From Candidatus Omnitrophota bacterium (GTDB lineage: Bacteria; Omnitrophota; Gorgyraeia; Tantalellales; Tantalellaceae), in NCBI GenBank assembly GCA_043812935.1, contig JBDRLO010000076.1, positions 1-62,042 of the forward strand: a DNA stretch of 62,042 nt. The letters are read 5' to 3'. Of the stretch, positions 34,343-42,930 are shown piece by piece; within the stretch, counting starts at the first letter, position 1; each line of letters opens with the position of its first letter. The translations under genes were made by a program, and so were the position numbers. The notes below the pieces were generated by a model. It was not told the origin of the DNA. It worked only from the letters and a program-made list of their open reading frames with translations, and ran no database searches.

Positions 34343-37300
34343 ATGAGATTAAAAAAAAATAATAATATTATTAAAATTATAGCATTAGGACTTAGCTTTT
34401 CATTGCTTTGGAATGGTGTAATGTGGGCTGATCCTAATGTTTTTGAAAAGGAAACTTTACAGCCTTTGACGCGTTTTACAGATTTTACTACGAATGAATT
34501 TATTTCCGGGATTGTAGGAAAGTATCTTAAGATATATTTTAGAGGTATAGAAAATGATTTTCGTAATTTAAATGTTCAGCATCTGCAAAGACTAATTAAC
34601 GAACGGCTAAAGCAAATAAAAGCTTTAAAAAATGTTCCTCCGGAAGTAAATAATAAGATCCCTGATAAAGTAAGAACTGATAAAAAGAATGCTTGTATAG
34701 TTGATCTAGGATCAGTCAAAATAAGATATTATAATCATCAAATACCTGGAGCTGAGGTTCCGGATCGTGATCCGGATAATCGTTTTTATAAAGCATATCC
34801 TGTTTTTCGGGGAGACTATCTTTCTAAACAATTCTTAGTTGAGGAACAAAACTTTGCGGCTTCTAATAAATTTCATCCAAATTCACCCGGTCCCGCGCTT
34901 TTTTTTGATTTTAAAACCGATACATGGCGGGCATTAAAAGACGTTCCTGAAGCAAGCCGTAAAATGTCAGAACATGATGTAATGAATATCGCGTGTAAAG
35001 AGTTAGTTTTTGATAGGAATAAAACGTCTCTTTCTGCGGGAAACCCTGTATATGATTATGTGTCAAAGGACAGCGGTTTTGAAGAGATTAAGCTGTATAT
35101 TCTTAATGACGATGAATTTAAACAAAATCTTACGGATAAAAAATCACAGTGTTTGGCCAAAGGATTAATAACGCATGCCGGGACGTACACGGATCCTGCC
35201 ACAGGTTTGTCCAGAGCGTTGAATCTTTTTATGCCGGAATCGGTTTATAATTATTTTACAGAATTATTGGAAAAAATGTCATCTATGAAATATGCGGGCG
35301 AGTTGCTTGCGTTCTGGAAAACACATGAATTGCGCCATTTAAAGGACAGAAAAGCTGATATTGATGGAAAATTTACAGAGTCAGAAAAAGATGCCGCGGA
35401 AATTATTCTTTGGATGAGTAAAACCTTATGGGCATTGAAAAAAAATAATTTACATGATGCTTTTGAATATGTGAATAAGATTGAAACGATAGAAAGTCAT
35501 GTTCTTTGTTTGTGTGAAATGCGAGGCCGGCTTCATGAGGCAAGCGGAAATTTGCAGGAAGCGTGTGACAATTATTTCACGGCATTAGCTATTATGAATT
35601 CGGATAATGCGAAAGTGCTGATAGGCCACACACTTGAAACAAAAACTATAGAAATGATTGAATCTTTGCAGCAAATTGTAGATAGAAATGTGAACAAATT
35701 TCCAATAAATAAAAAGAAAGCTGCGAATGCTATTGTGAATCCAAAGATCTCCCACAATCTATTTGTAGCGCGTATGGAAGCAGTGAGTACTTCCCCTCTT
35801 TTTTCTTTTGACGAGGACATGAAGCACAATAATCTTTGTATTATATATTTTGCGTGTGTTCCGATTATGTGCAGCTATATAGAGAATATTCTGCGGGAAA
35901 AAAACAAAATAACTTCATTTGCAAAAGAGATTGTAAGGGAATTATTGAAATTGATCGAAAAAGGAAAATTGGTAAACCCAATACTAAATGAAACTGAGAA
36001 TGATTATTTGGGGCGGGTGTATTATATTGCCGGAGAAGTATTCGCAGGACTTGGAAGTACTAATAAGGCTTTTGAATGCTTTGAACAGGCCTTGGATTAT
36101 GATGATACTGTTCCAGTATATTATGCCAGAAAAGCTGAGTTTTTGGTGGTTACGAAAAAAACAATGGAATCTCTTGCTGAGGCGCGAGAACTTTTATCGC
36201 AGGCTGAACAAAAATTCGGTTCTTTGGAAGTTTTCAGCAGTGCGTGGGTTTTTATAAGCGAAAAAGAAGTTTCAATAAAAAACGCCTTTGAAGAAGAGCA
36301 AGAAATGCATATGTTTTATGAGGAAATGTTAGAACTGTACAAAAATGGCAGATATAAGACCTGTCAGGAACGCATAGTTGAATACGAAAACGGAAAAAAT
36401 GGTTCTCCCAAAAAAAAGATTTCAGCAGAGCTAATGCGATTAAAAAGAGACGCGCATTCAGCGCTAAAATCAAGTCTAAACGCGCAAAAATGGATTAAAA
36501 TGGGGGATATGTCCCAAGCTGAATGGCATTTTAGGAGAGTTTTGCTGAAAAATCCTAATGATTCAAATGCCTGTAAAATAGTGAATATTTTTGAACGTGA
36601 AACCGAAATGCAAAAGCAACAAGTAATTACAGAACATTTGCTGCAGCAGAAACTGTCTGAAGCAAAAAAATATGTTTCAAGCGCCAAAGATAGAGAAGAA
36701 AGAGGGCTTATTGCAAAAGCAAGAAAAAGTTATCAAAGTGCTTTAGCTGAGCTTGCGCAAATTTCCTATAAAAACGAAGAAGCAGCACTTTTAAAAACAG
36801 AACTAGAAAAAGAATTAAAAGAGATAGAAAATCTGCCTGATAGAATTGAAAAAGTTCATGGGAACAATCATGATGAAGAGCCTAAAAAAAGACAGAAAAT
36901 TGTTACGAAGAAAAACGAAGAAGCCCCTAAGAATAAGGAAGAAAATGATGAAGATTACGGCAAACCGAAAATAAATAGAAAAATACGTCTTTCGGAAAAA
37001 GCCGCAAGGCTTTTGGGGAAGAAAAATGATATTGATCGTGAAAAAATTCTGAATATGATTAAAAACGTTGCGGCTGGCCGGCGGGATAATGTTAAAAAAA
37101 TTGAGCCACGCAAAAATCTTTTTAGAATAAGAGGTGACGAAAAAGACGTTGAGAGCAGGGTAGTTTTTACTTTTTGTGATGACAGCAGCATGTTAGTTCT
37201 TTTGATAAAGAAGAAGTCTCAAATAAAATACCCCAATATACTTAAACACTTTACGGAAGGGTTTGATTATGGGCCGATTATGGCATCTTCAGAGGAAATG

Positions 37301-40300
37301 GAAGACTTTGAAAAAAGGATAAAAGCATCAAAAAATGAAAATGTTCTTATGGCCATAGAGTTTCTGACAGGCGGAGTGCTTATTCTTTTTGTGTGTGAAA
37401 TTTTCCGGCAGATTTGGCATGGAAAGGTTTGTAAAAAATTGATTGGCCGCCATTCTAAATTGGCCGCGGCAGGAAATTTCATTTTCCGGGAGAAATCATA
37501 TTTCCCTTCAAATATAGAAAAGATTATTCATGGTTTGATTGTATTCGGATCAAAAGGTGTTGCTAAAGTTTCTGAATTTTTCAAGATAGTCATAGAATTA
37601 AGTAAAATAGCTATTCAAAAGAAAAAATATTTTGGTATTTTTCAGAAGCCTGTTCAACTCTGGTATGACAGGAGTGTTACAGCACAAATCCCAAAAGAAA
37701 AAATCATGAAAAATCTTGAATTAATAGTTGCAAATGCCGAAAATTTAGAGGAAGAAACCAAACAATTTGGGTTTGGCAGACAATTAAAAACTATTGATAT
37801 TGGATCGTATGTAAAGTCTTTATCTATTCTTCAAAACATGCTTAATAATACAAATATTTCTACTTATAGATTGAAAAATTATATCAGAGAAGCAGTAACT
37901 GAGATATTTTGTAAACAGGTAAATTTTTATCGAGAGGAGCCCTTGAAAGAAGATGTAGAATTATTAACTGAAACTTTTGATTATATTTTAAGTGAAGAAT
38001 CAAGGCACTTGGTTAAAGAGGATGCTCTTAAATTTGCTGTTGGAATTTTTATTGATATGCTGAAATCAAAAAAGATGCTTATGAATGGGAATCATAGAAT
38101 AATTAGCATGATTATGAATTTTATACTGCTAAAAAATGGTTTTCCTTGTTTTGTTTTGACATTGGATAATGTAGTCAAATACTATGCAATAAGTAAGTCA
38201 ATACAACGTGGAGATAGGAACTATAGCGATGATGAAATAACAGAATTTTTCAGAAAAGAAATAGAAAAAAACAGGGAAAAATTTAATTGGTTTAATTGGA
38301 TAAAAAAATGTTTAAAGATGCCGGGATTGAAGAATCCTGTTTTTTTGAAAGAAAATAAAGGTTCTTTTGTTGTAACGCCGAACGAAAATAAGGATTCCGA
38401 TCTTTCTGTGCCTTTAAAAGAGATAAAAACTCCGGCAGATATAGTGACAATGAAAGCCCCGGCTGCATCGCCCATAGAACTTGATGCGAGAGTGGATTTA
38501 AAATATATAACCGGTTTAATCTCGCAAGCTCGGGAAAGGACTGACGAGGCAAACATTTCGGAAGCAGTTGGTTATATCAATGTACATGCCCCGCCGTTTA
38601 ATGGTTCCAGGATTAATCCCGCAAATATTAAACTTTTTTCAATAGACTTGGGCAAAAAACTTGGTATTCCAAGGTTTAAAATGGCGGAAAGCGCGCAGGA
38701 TCTTATTTATGTGTTTCCAATTTATGACAGCGAAAAAAACATACTCAAGCTTTATGCGACTAAACAATATTTTGAATCACAGTTGAAGAATAATGCACTG
38801 GCATTGGCTGAAGCCATAGATCACGAATACACTGAAAAGGTTTTAGGGTATTCACACCGCGTGGCTTGTTCACGATCATACTTTTTCGCTACAGAAAAAA
38901 ACCAATTAACGCCTTTTCACAATTTTTATATTAATCAGATTATTTCAGAAGGCAATTTTTCTTTAGCAAAATTTATTGTTCCAGAACGGCACGCTTCTAA
39001 AGATGTTATTGAGGCTTTTGAGAACAATAAAACATTAATCGGCAAAATAGAAAATTATGATAAGCGTTTCTTTGATTATTTGTGTGCTGTTGTTCGTTTA
39101 AGGGATTTTAGTAAGTTCTTAATACGACAAATAGATAAAAATATAGCAAAACAGAATTATGCTGCATTTAAGGATTCAGATACAATTTTATTGGATGGAG
39201 TTGAGTCCGGGATGAGTCCTTTGACTATGCCGGATGAAACTGAACTTCGTGAAAAGCTTTTTGATGTTATTTCTAAAGAAAGCACAGGCCAAGGCAAGAT
39301 ATTATCCCTGGGAATAGGAAGAGGTCTTTTTGAGGCCCCCTTTGTAGGGGCGGGATATGATATGACAGGAATGGATTTTTGCCCGGAGGTCTTATCTTGC
39401 GCAAAAAAAAGAGGAATCAAAACAATAGAAGCTGATGTGGATGACCAGACTGTTTGGGAAAACTTGCACAAAAACCATGCCAAATTTGATACTGTGATTA
39501 TTCCTGAATCAATTGGGTATTATGATGAAGACAAGTTGTTTGAGAATATAAAAACTATTTTAAAACCTGGCGGGGATTTATATATTCTTGTTAGCGCAGA
39601 GTTGGCAGGGCTTTCTTTTGGTTATAAAGGGTTTAACTATAACCAAATTAAGGAAAAACTTAAGAGAAGCGGGTTTTTATTTAACAAAAAAACACAATGC
39701 AGGCATTACAACGGGAAGAAAACGACTATATGTTTAGTTAAGGCATCGCTTCCCGTTGAAAACAAGAATACAGCAGTTGAAGCTATTAAAAAACAGTATA
39801 GTGTGTTTGACGGGTCTGAAAGTCTTTTTGGGGGTATAAGCGGACATATTAGTACGGTAGCATCTCCTGAAGCATCAGAGCTTCGCAAAAAACTTTCGCA
39901 AGTTATTCTAAAACAAACTGGTCCATCTAGCAAAATATTGTCTCTTGCAGTGGGAAACGGTATATTTGAAGAAAATTTTGTTAGGGCAGGCTGCACAGTT
40001 ACCGGAGTTGACTGTACTCCCGAGGTTTTAGAACTGGCTAAACAAAGAGGTATAAATACGATAGAAGCGGATGTGAATAATTCAAATTTGTGGCAAGAAC
40101 TTGAGAAAAAAGAGAAATTTGATGCGGTAATTATTTCTGAAACAATAGGTTATTTCAATGAAGATGTGCTTTTTGAAAGGATAAAAAAAGTATTAAATCC
40201 AGGAGGGCGTATATATATTTTAACAACGCGAAATTCTGAAGAGAGGATGCCGGATTATAAAAGGTTTAATTCTAGGCGGATAAGGGCAAAACTTAGAAAA

Positions 40301-41146
40301 AGTGGATTTATTTGTTCGGAATATTTCGAAGGAAAATATTATCGCGATAATTTTCTAAAAGTACGTTTAATGACAACAAGATTACCTATTCAAAGAAAGA
40401 GAACTGAAAATCAACGAAATCAAACAAAAACGAAAAACATGAAAACTCCTAAAATTTTATGGGATGGTGAAAGAATTATCCGAAACGTTGAAGAAATTGT
40501 ACCTCGTCTTGTTCAAGGGATGATAGATACGGCTGAAGAGGCTTTCCAGAAGAAAGAAAAAGTTATTTTATATCTTGACGAAGCGTTTTCACAAAACAAT
40601 GAAGAAGAAGTTTCAGGTGCAATAGAAGACGTAATTAATTTACTAACAAATATTAAAAACAACAATAAAAGCCTTTTTGAATTTTTGAACGGTAAACTGG
40701 AAGTGCGTTGCGGGACAAAAGAAGAATTTAAGTCTAAAAAAGGAAAGGTTAAATCGGAAAATATTATAGTTGTTACTACTAAAGCCAATTATGAAGCAGG
40801 TTATTTTTCAACTATTGACGGGAATGGTATTATCGCCGCTATTGATGACAAAGATTTGCCCCAAAAGGCATATTGTCCTCTGGTTGAAACTGTTTTTTTC
40901 GCGATTGGTAAGTATCTCATTGGTAAGGATCTCAACTGGAACGAAGAAAAACTTTGCGAATGGTATGAAAAAATTCCGAATGTAACGCTTATAAAAGACC
41001 TTTCAAAAGCGGAGTATGCCGATTTATTTAATGGTAACGCGAAAAGCATAATTGTAAGATTAATACCAAATGCCGTTGAATTCAAAACAGATGATAAACA
41101 TGCTGAAATAATAAGGCATGTAAGGGATGTTCTGAGTAAGGCATAG
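34343..41146 (+). CDS. Giant secreted multidomain protein: HExxH zincin-like, TPRs, RelE/ParE-like, Fic-like, two class I SAM methyltransferases, shared C-terminal domain
   Basis: ATG at 34343 gives a signal peptide ending VMWA (the ORF track starts at TTG 34325); THELRH; TPR helices; IRLSEKA...LFRIR...RVVFTF; NGNHR; ILSLGIGRG and ILSLAVGNG; ends IPNAVEFKTDDKHAEIIRHVRDVLSKA. Confidence 0.82.
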   Translation: MRLKKNNNIIKIIALGLSFSLLWNGVMWADPNVFEKETLQPLTRFTDFTTNEFISGIVGKYLKIYFRGIENDFRNLNVQHLQRLINERLKQIKALKNVPPEVNNKIPDKVRTDKKNACIVDLGSVKIRYYNHQIPGAEVPDRDPDNRFYKAYPVFRGDYLSKQFLVEEQNFAASNKFHPNSPGPALFFDFKTDTWRALKDVPEASRKMSEHDVMNIACKELVFDRNKTSLSAGNPVYDYVSKDSGFEEIKLYILNDDEFKQNLTDKKSQCLAKGLITHAGTYTDPATGLSRALNLFMPESVYNYFTELLEKMSSMKYAGELLAFWKTHELRHLKDRKADIDGKFTESEKDAAEIILWMSKTLWALKKNNLHDAFEYVNKIETIESHVLCLCEMRGRLHEASGNLQEACDNYFTALAIMNSDNAKVLIGHTLETKTIEMIESLQQIVDRNVNKFPINKKKAANAIVNPKISHNLFVARMEAVSTSPLFSFDEDMKHNNLCIIYFACVPIMCSYIENILREKNKITSFAKEIVRELLKLIEKGKLVNPILNETENDYLGRVYYIAGEVFAGLGSTNKAFECFEQALDYDDTVPVYYARKAEFLVVTKKTMESLAEARELLSQAEQKFGSLEVFSSAWVFISEKEVSIKNAFEEEQEMHMFYEEMLELYKNGRYKTCQERIVEYENGKNGSPKKKISAELMRLKRDAHSALKSSLNAQKWIKMGDMSQAEWHFRRVLLKNPNDSNACKIVNIFERETEMQKQQVITEHLLQQKLSEAKKYVSSAKDREERGLIAKARKSYQSALAELAQISYKNEEAALLKTELEKELKEIENLPDRIEKVHGNNHDEEPKKRQKIVTKKNEEAPKNKEENDEDYGKPKINRKIRLSEKAARLLGKKNDIDREKILNMIKNVAAGRRDNVKKIEPRKNLFRIRGDEKDVESRVVFTFCDDSSMLVLLIKKKSQIKYPNILKHFTEGFDYGPIMASSEEMEDFEKRIKASKNENVLMAIEFLTGGVLILFVCEIFRQIWHGKVCKKLIGRHSKLAAAGNFIFREKSYFPSNIEKIIHGLIVFGSKGVAKVSEFFKIVIELSKIAIQKKKYFGIFQKPVQLWYDRSVTAQIPKEKIMKNLELIVANAENLEEETKQFGFGRQLKTIDIGSYVKSLSILQNMLNNTNISTYRLKNYIREAVTEIFCKQVNFYREEPLKEDVELLTETFDYILSEESRHLVKEDALKFAVGIFIDMLKSKKMLMNGNHRIISMIMNFILLKNGFPCFVLTLDNVVKYYAISKSIQRGDRNYSDDEITEFFRKEIEKNREKFNWFNWIKKCLKMPGLKNPVFLKENKGSFVVTPNENKDSDLSVPLKEIKTPADIVTMKAPAASPIELDARVDLKYITGLISQARERTDEANISEAVGYINVHAPPFNGSRINPANIKLFSIDLGKKLGIPRFKMAESAQDLIYVFPIYDSEKNILKLYATKQYFESQLKNNALALAEAIDHEYTEKVLGYSHRVACSRSYFFATEKNQLTPFHNFYINQIISEGNFSLAKFIVPERHASKDVIEAFENNKTLIGKIENYDKRFFDYLCAVVRLRDFSKFLIRQIDKNIAKQNYAAFKDSDTILLDGVESGMSPLTMPDETELREKLFDVISKESTGQGKILSLGIGRGLFEAPFVGAGYDMTGMDFCPEVLSCAKKRGIKTIEADVDDQTVWENLHKNHAKFDTVIIPESIGYYDEDKLFENIKTILKPGGDLYILVSAELAGLSFGYKGFNYNQIKEKLKRSGFLFNKKTQCRHYNGKKTTICLVKASLPVENKNTAVEAIKKQYSVFDGSESLFGGISGHISTVASPEASELRKKLSQVILKQTGPSSKILSLAVGNGIFEENFVRAGCTVTGVDCTPEVLELAKQRGINTIEADVNNSNLWQELEKKEKFDAVIISETIGYFNEDVLFERIKKVLNPGGRIYILTTRNSEERMPDYKRFNSRRIRAKLRKSGFICSEYFEGKYYRDNFLKVRLMTTRLPIQRKRTENQRNQTKTKNMKTPKILWDGERIIRNVEEIVPRLVQGMIDTAEEAFQKKEKVILYLDEAFSQNNEEEVSGAIEDVINLLTNIKNNNKSLFEFLNGKLEVRCGTKEEFKSKKGKVKSENIIVVTTKANYEAGYFSTIDGNGIIAAIDDKDLPQKAYCPLVETVFFAIGKYLIGKDLNWNEEKLCEWYEKIPNVTLIKDLSKAEYADLFNGNAKSIIVRLIPNAVEFKTDDKHAEIIRHVRDVLSKA

Positions 41147-41620
41147 TTACGCGTAACGCGTAGCACGTTACACGGAACATGTAGCACGTTACACGGAACA
41201 TGCAACACGGAACACCTCACACGAAACACGCTACACGAAACACGCCACACGAAACACGCTACACGAAACACGCTACACGAAACACGCTACACGAAACACG
41301 CTACACGGAACACGGAACACGCAACACGGAACACGAAACACGCAACACGGAACATGCAACACGTAACACGTAACACGGAACACGCAACACGGAACACGCA
41401 ACACGGAACACGCTACACGAAACACGCTACACGAAACACGCTACACGAAACACGAAACACGCTACACGAAACACGCTACACGGAACACGCAACACGAAAC
41501 ACGCAACACGGAACACGTAACACGGAACATGCAACACGTAACACGTAACACGGAACACGCAACACGTAACATTTTACACGTAATATGTTACACGCAATAT
41601 GTTACACGATTCACGTTGAT
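41147..41620 (+). repeat. Long ACACGNW heptamer tandem array (about 60 units)
   Basis: Units acacgaa, acacgct, acacgga, acacgca, acacgta, acatgca in mixed order starting right after the stop codon. Confidence 0.95.
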
Positions 41621-41648
41621 GTAGGGACAGGCCCCCGTGCCTGTCCGT
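41621..41648 (+). repeat. GTAG REP-like palindrome, type A
   Basis: gtagggacaggcccccgtgcctgtccgt closes the heptamer array. Confidence 0.85.
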
Positions 41649-41667
41649 TACTAGATCATTGCGTTGT

Positions 41668-41695
41668 TTGCAATTCATTTTCTTTGCAGTATAAT
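41668..41695 (+). promoter_or_regulatory. Putative sigma70 promoter for cinA-thpR
   Basis: TTGCAA-16bp-TATAAT; -10 ends 8 nt before ATG 41703. Confidence 0.6.
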
Positions 41696-41702
41696 ACTTT
41701 TT

Positions 41703-42188
41703 ATGAGTTCTCAAAAAAAAGAATCTATTGAAAAAAATTTGTTCCGTTTATTGAACACGAAAAAACGAACATTGTCTTTTGCTGAATCATGTACAGGCGG
41801 GTTAGTTTCTAACCGTTTTACAGATATCCCAGGTAGTTCTAAATATTTTTTAGGTAGTATTGTTAGTTATTCAAATTCCGCTAAAATATCTCTTCTAAAT
41901 GTGCCTAAGGAAACCATAAGAAAGTACGGAGCTGTTAGCCGTCAAACATGTTTGGCCATGGCAAAAGGTGTAAAAGATATTTTTTGTTCGGATATTGCTG
42001 CCGCGGTTACAGGTGTTGCGGGCCCTGGGGGCGGAACTGCTAAAAAACCGGTAGGGCTTGCTTACGTAGCGGTTGTTTCAAACAGAAAAAAAATATGTAA
42101 AAAATTATTTTTTAAAGGCTCACGGAAGATTATTCAAAATAAATCTGCTGATGCGGTGTTAAAAATGGTTAGCCGGTTAGCCGGTTAG
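41703..42188 (+). CDS. cinA: CinA C-terminal domain protein (PncC, NMN deamidase)
   Basis: AESCTGG, PGSSKYFLG, AVTGVAGPGGG...KPVG; ATG at 41703 preferred to TTG at 41664. Confidence 0.88.
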   Translation: MSSQKKESIEKNLFRLLNTKKRTLSFAESCTGGLVSNRFTDIPGSSKYFLGSIVSYSNSAKISLLNVPKETIRKYGAVSRQTCLAMAKGVKDIFCSDIAAAVTGVAGPGGGTAKKPVGLAYVAVVSNRKKICKKLFFKGSRKIIQNKSADAVLKMVSRLAG

Positions 42189-42228
42189 CCAGTTTTCGTG
42201 AAACGTGTAGCGTGTGGCGTGTAACGCA
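42168..42228. repeat. CCGGTTAG octamers (supplying the cinA stop) followed by reverse heptamers
   Basis: ggttag-ccggttag-ccggttag-ccagtt, then cgtgaaa-cgtgtag-cgtgtgg-cgtgtaa. Confidence 0.8.
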
Positions 42229-42233
42229 AAATT

Positions 42234-42800
42234 ATGAATGAAATACGTACTTTTATTGCGGTGGAACTTTCTGACGAAGCAAAGGCTGAATTGAGCAGGA
42301 TCCAGTCTGTTTTTCAGAAAAATCCTGATAATATCAAGTGGGTAAAACCTGATAATATTCATCTTACTTTAAAATTTTTAGGAAATATCCAAGAAAACAA
42401 ATCCGAAGAGATCGAAAATGTTTTAAAAAAAGCAGTTTTAGGAATAGCTCCGTTTGAAATTGTTTTACATGGGTTGGGTGTGTTTCCTGGAGAAAATGTT
42501 CCGCGTGTATTGTGGGTAGGAATAAAAGACGGCGCAAAACAACTAACGGATATTGCTGATAAAATTGAAACCCTTTTGGCTGAAAAAGGTTTTCCTAAAG
42601 AAAAACGTAACTTCAGCGCGCATCTTACGTTAGGAAGAATAAAGCATATTAAAAACCGTACTTTATTTAAAAATTTGTTAAATTCTGTCATAGTAAAACA
42701 GGTCTCAGTCCATGTTGGCCGAATTGTGCTTTTTAAATCAAAGCTTAGTTCAGAAGGAGCTTTGCATGAAGTCTTACAGGTTATAAATCTTACCAAATAG
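42234..42800 (+). CDS. thpR: RNA 2',3'-cyclic phosphodiesterase (2H family)
   Basis: RTFIAV; two HxT motifs (HLTLKFLG, HLTLGR). Confidence 0.93.
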   Translation: MNEIRTFIAVELSDEAKAELSRIQSVFQKNPDNIKWVKPDNIHLTLKFLGNIQENKSEEIENVLKKAVLGIAPFEIVLHGLGVFPGENVPRVLWVGIKDGAKQLTDIADKIETLLAEKGFPKEKRNFSAHLTLGRIKHIKNRTLFKNLLNSVIVKQVSVHVGRIVLFKSKLSSEGALHEVLQVINLTK

Positions 42801-42863
42801 ATTCTTAAATCATTATTATTTATTATAATATTATTTCAGTATATATATTATACAAGAATTTCT

Positions 42864-42892
42864 TTGCAAAAAAGAGTTTCCATAAGTATAAT
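42864..42892 (+). promoter_or_regulatory. Putative sigma70 promoter for recA
   Basis: TTGCAA-17bp-TATAAT. Confidence 0.65.
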
Positions 42893-42930
42893 AGTCAGCA
42901 AATGAATAGAACAGCTACCAGGAGGTCATT

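Noticed and set aside
40801-41271. 156-aa minus-strand ORF (FRVACFV...)
   Set aside because: Begins in the repeat array and runs antisense to the giant gene; shadow ORF
41354-41548. 64-aa ORF with TRNTxHx repeats
   Set aside because: Automatic result of a stop-free heptamer array; no RBS, and its ATG comes from one variant unit
41147-41620. CRISPR array
   Set aside because: Contiguous 7-mers with no unique spacers, no 23-47 bp repeat and no cas genes in the window
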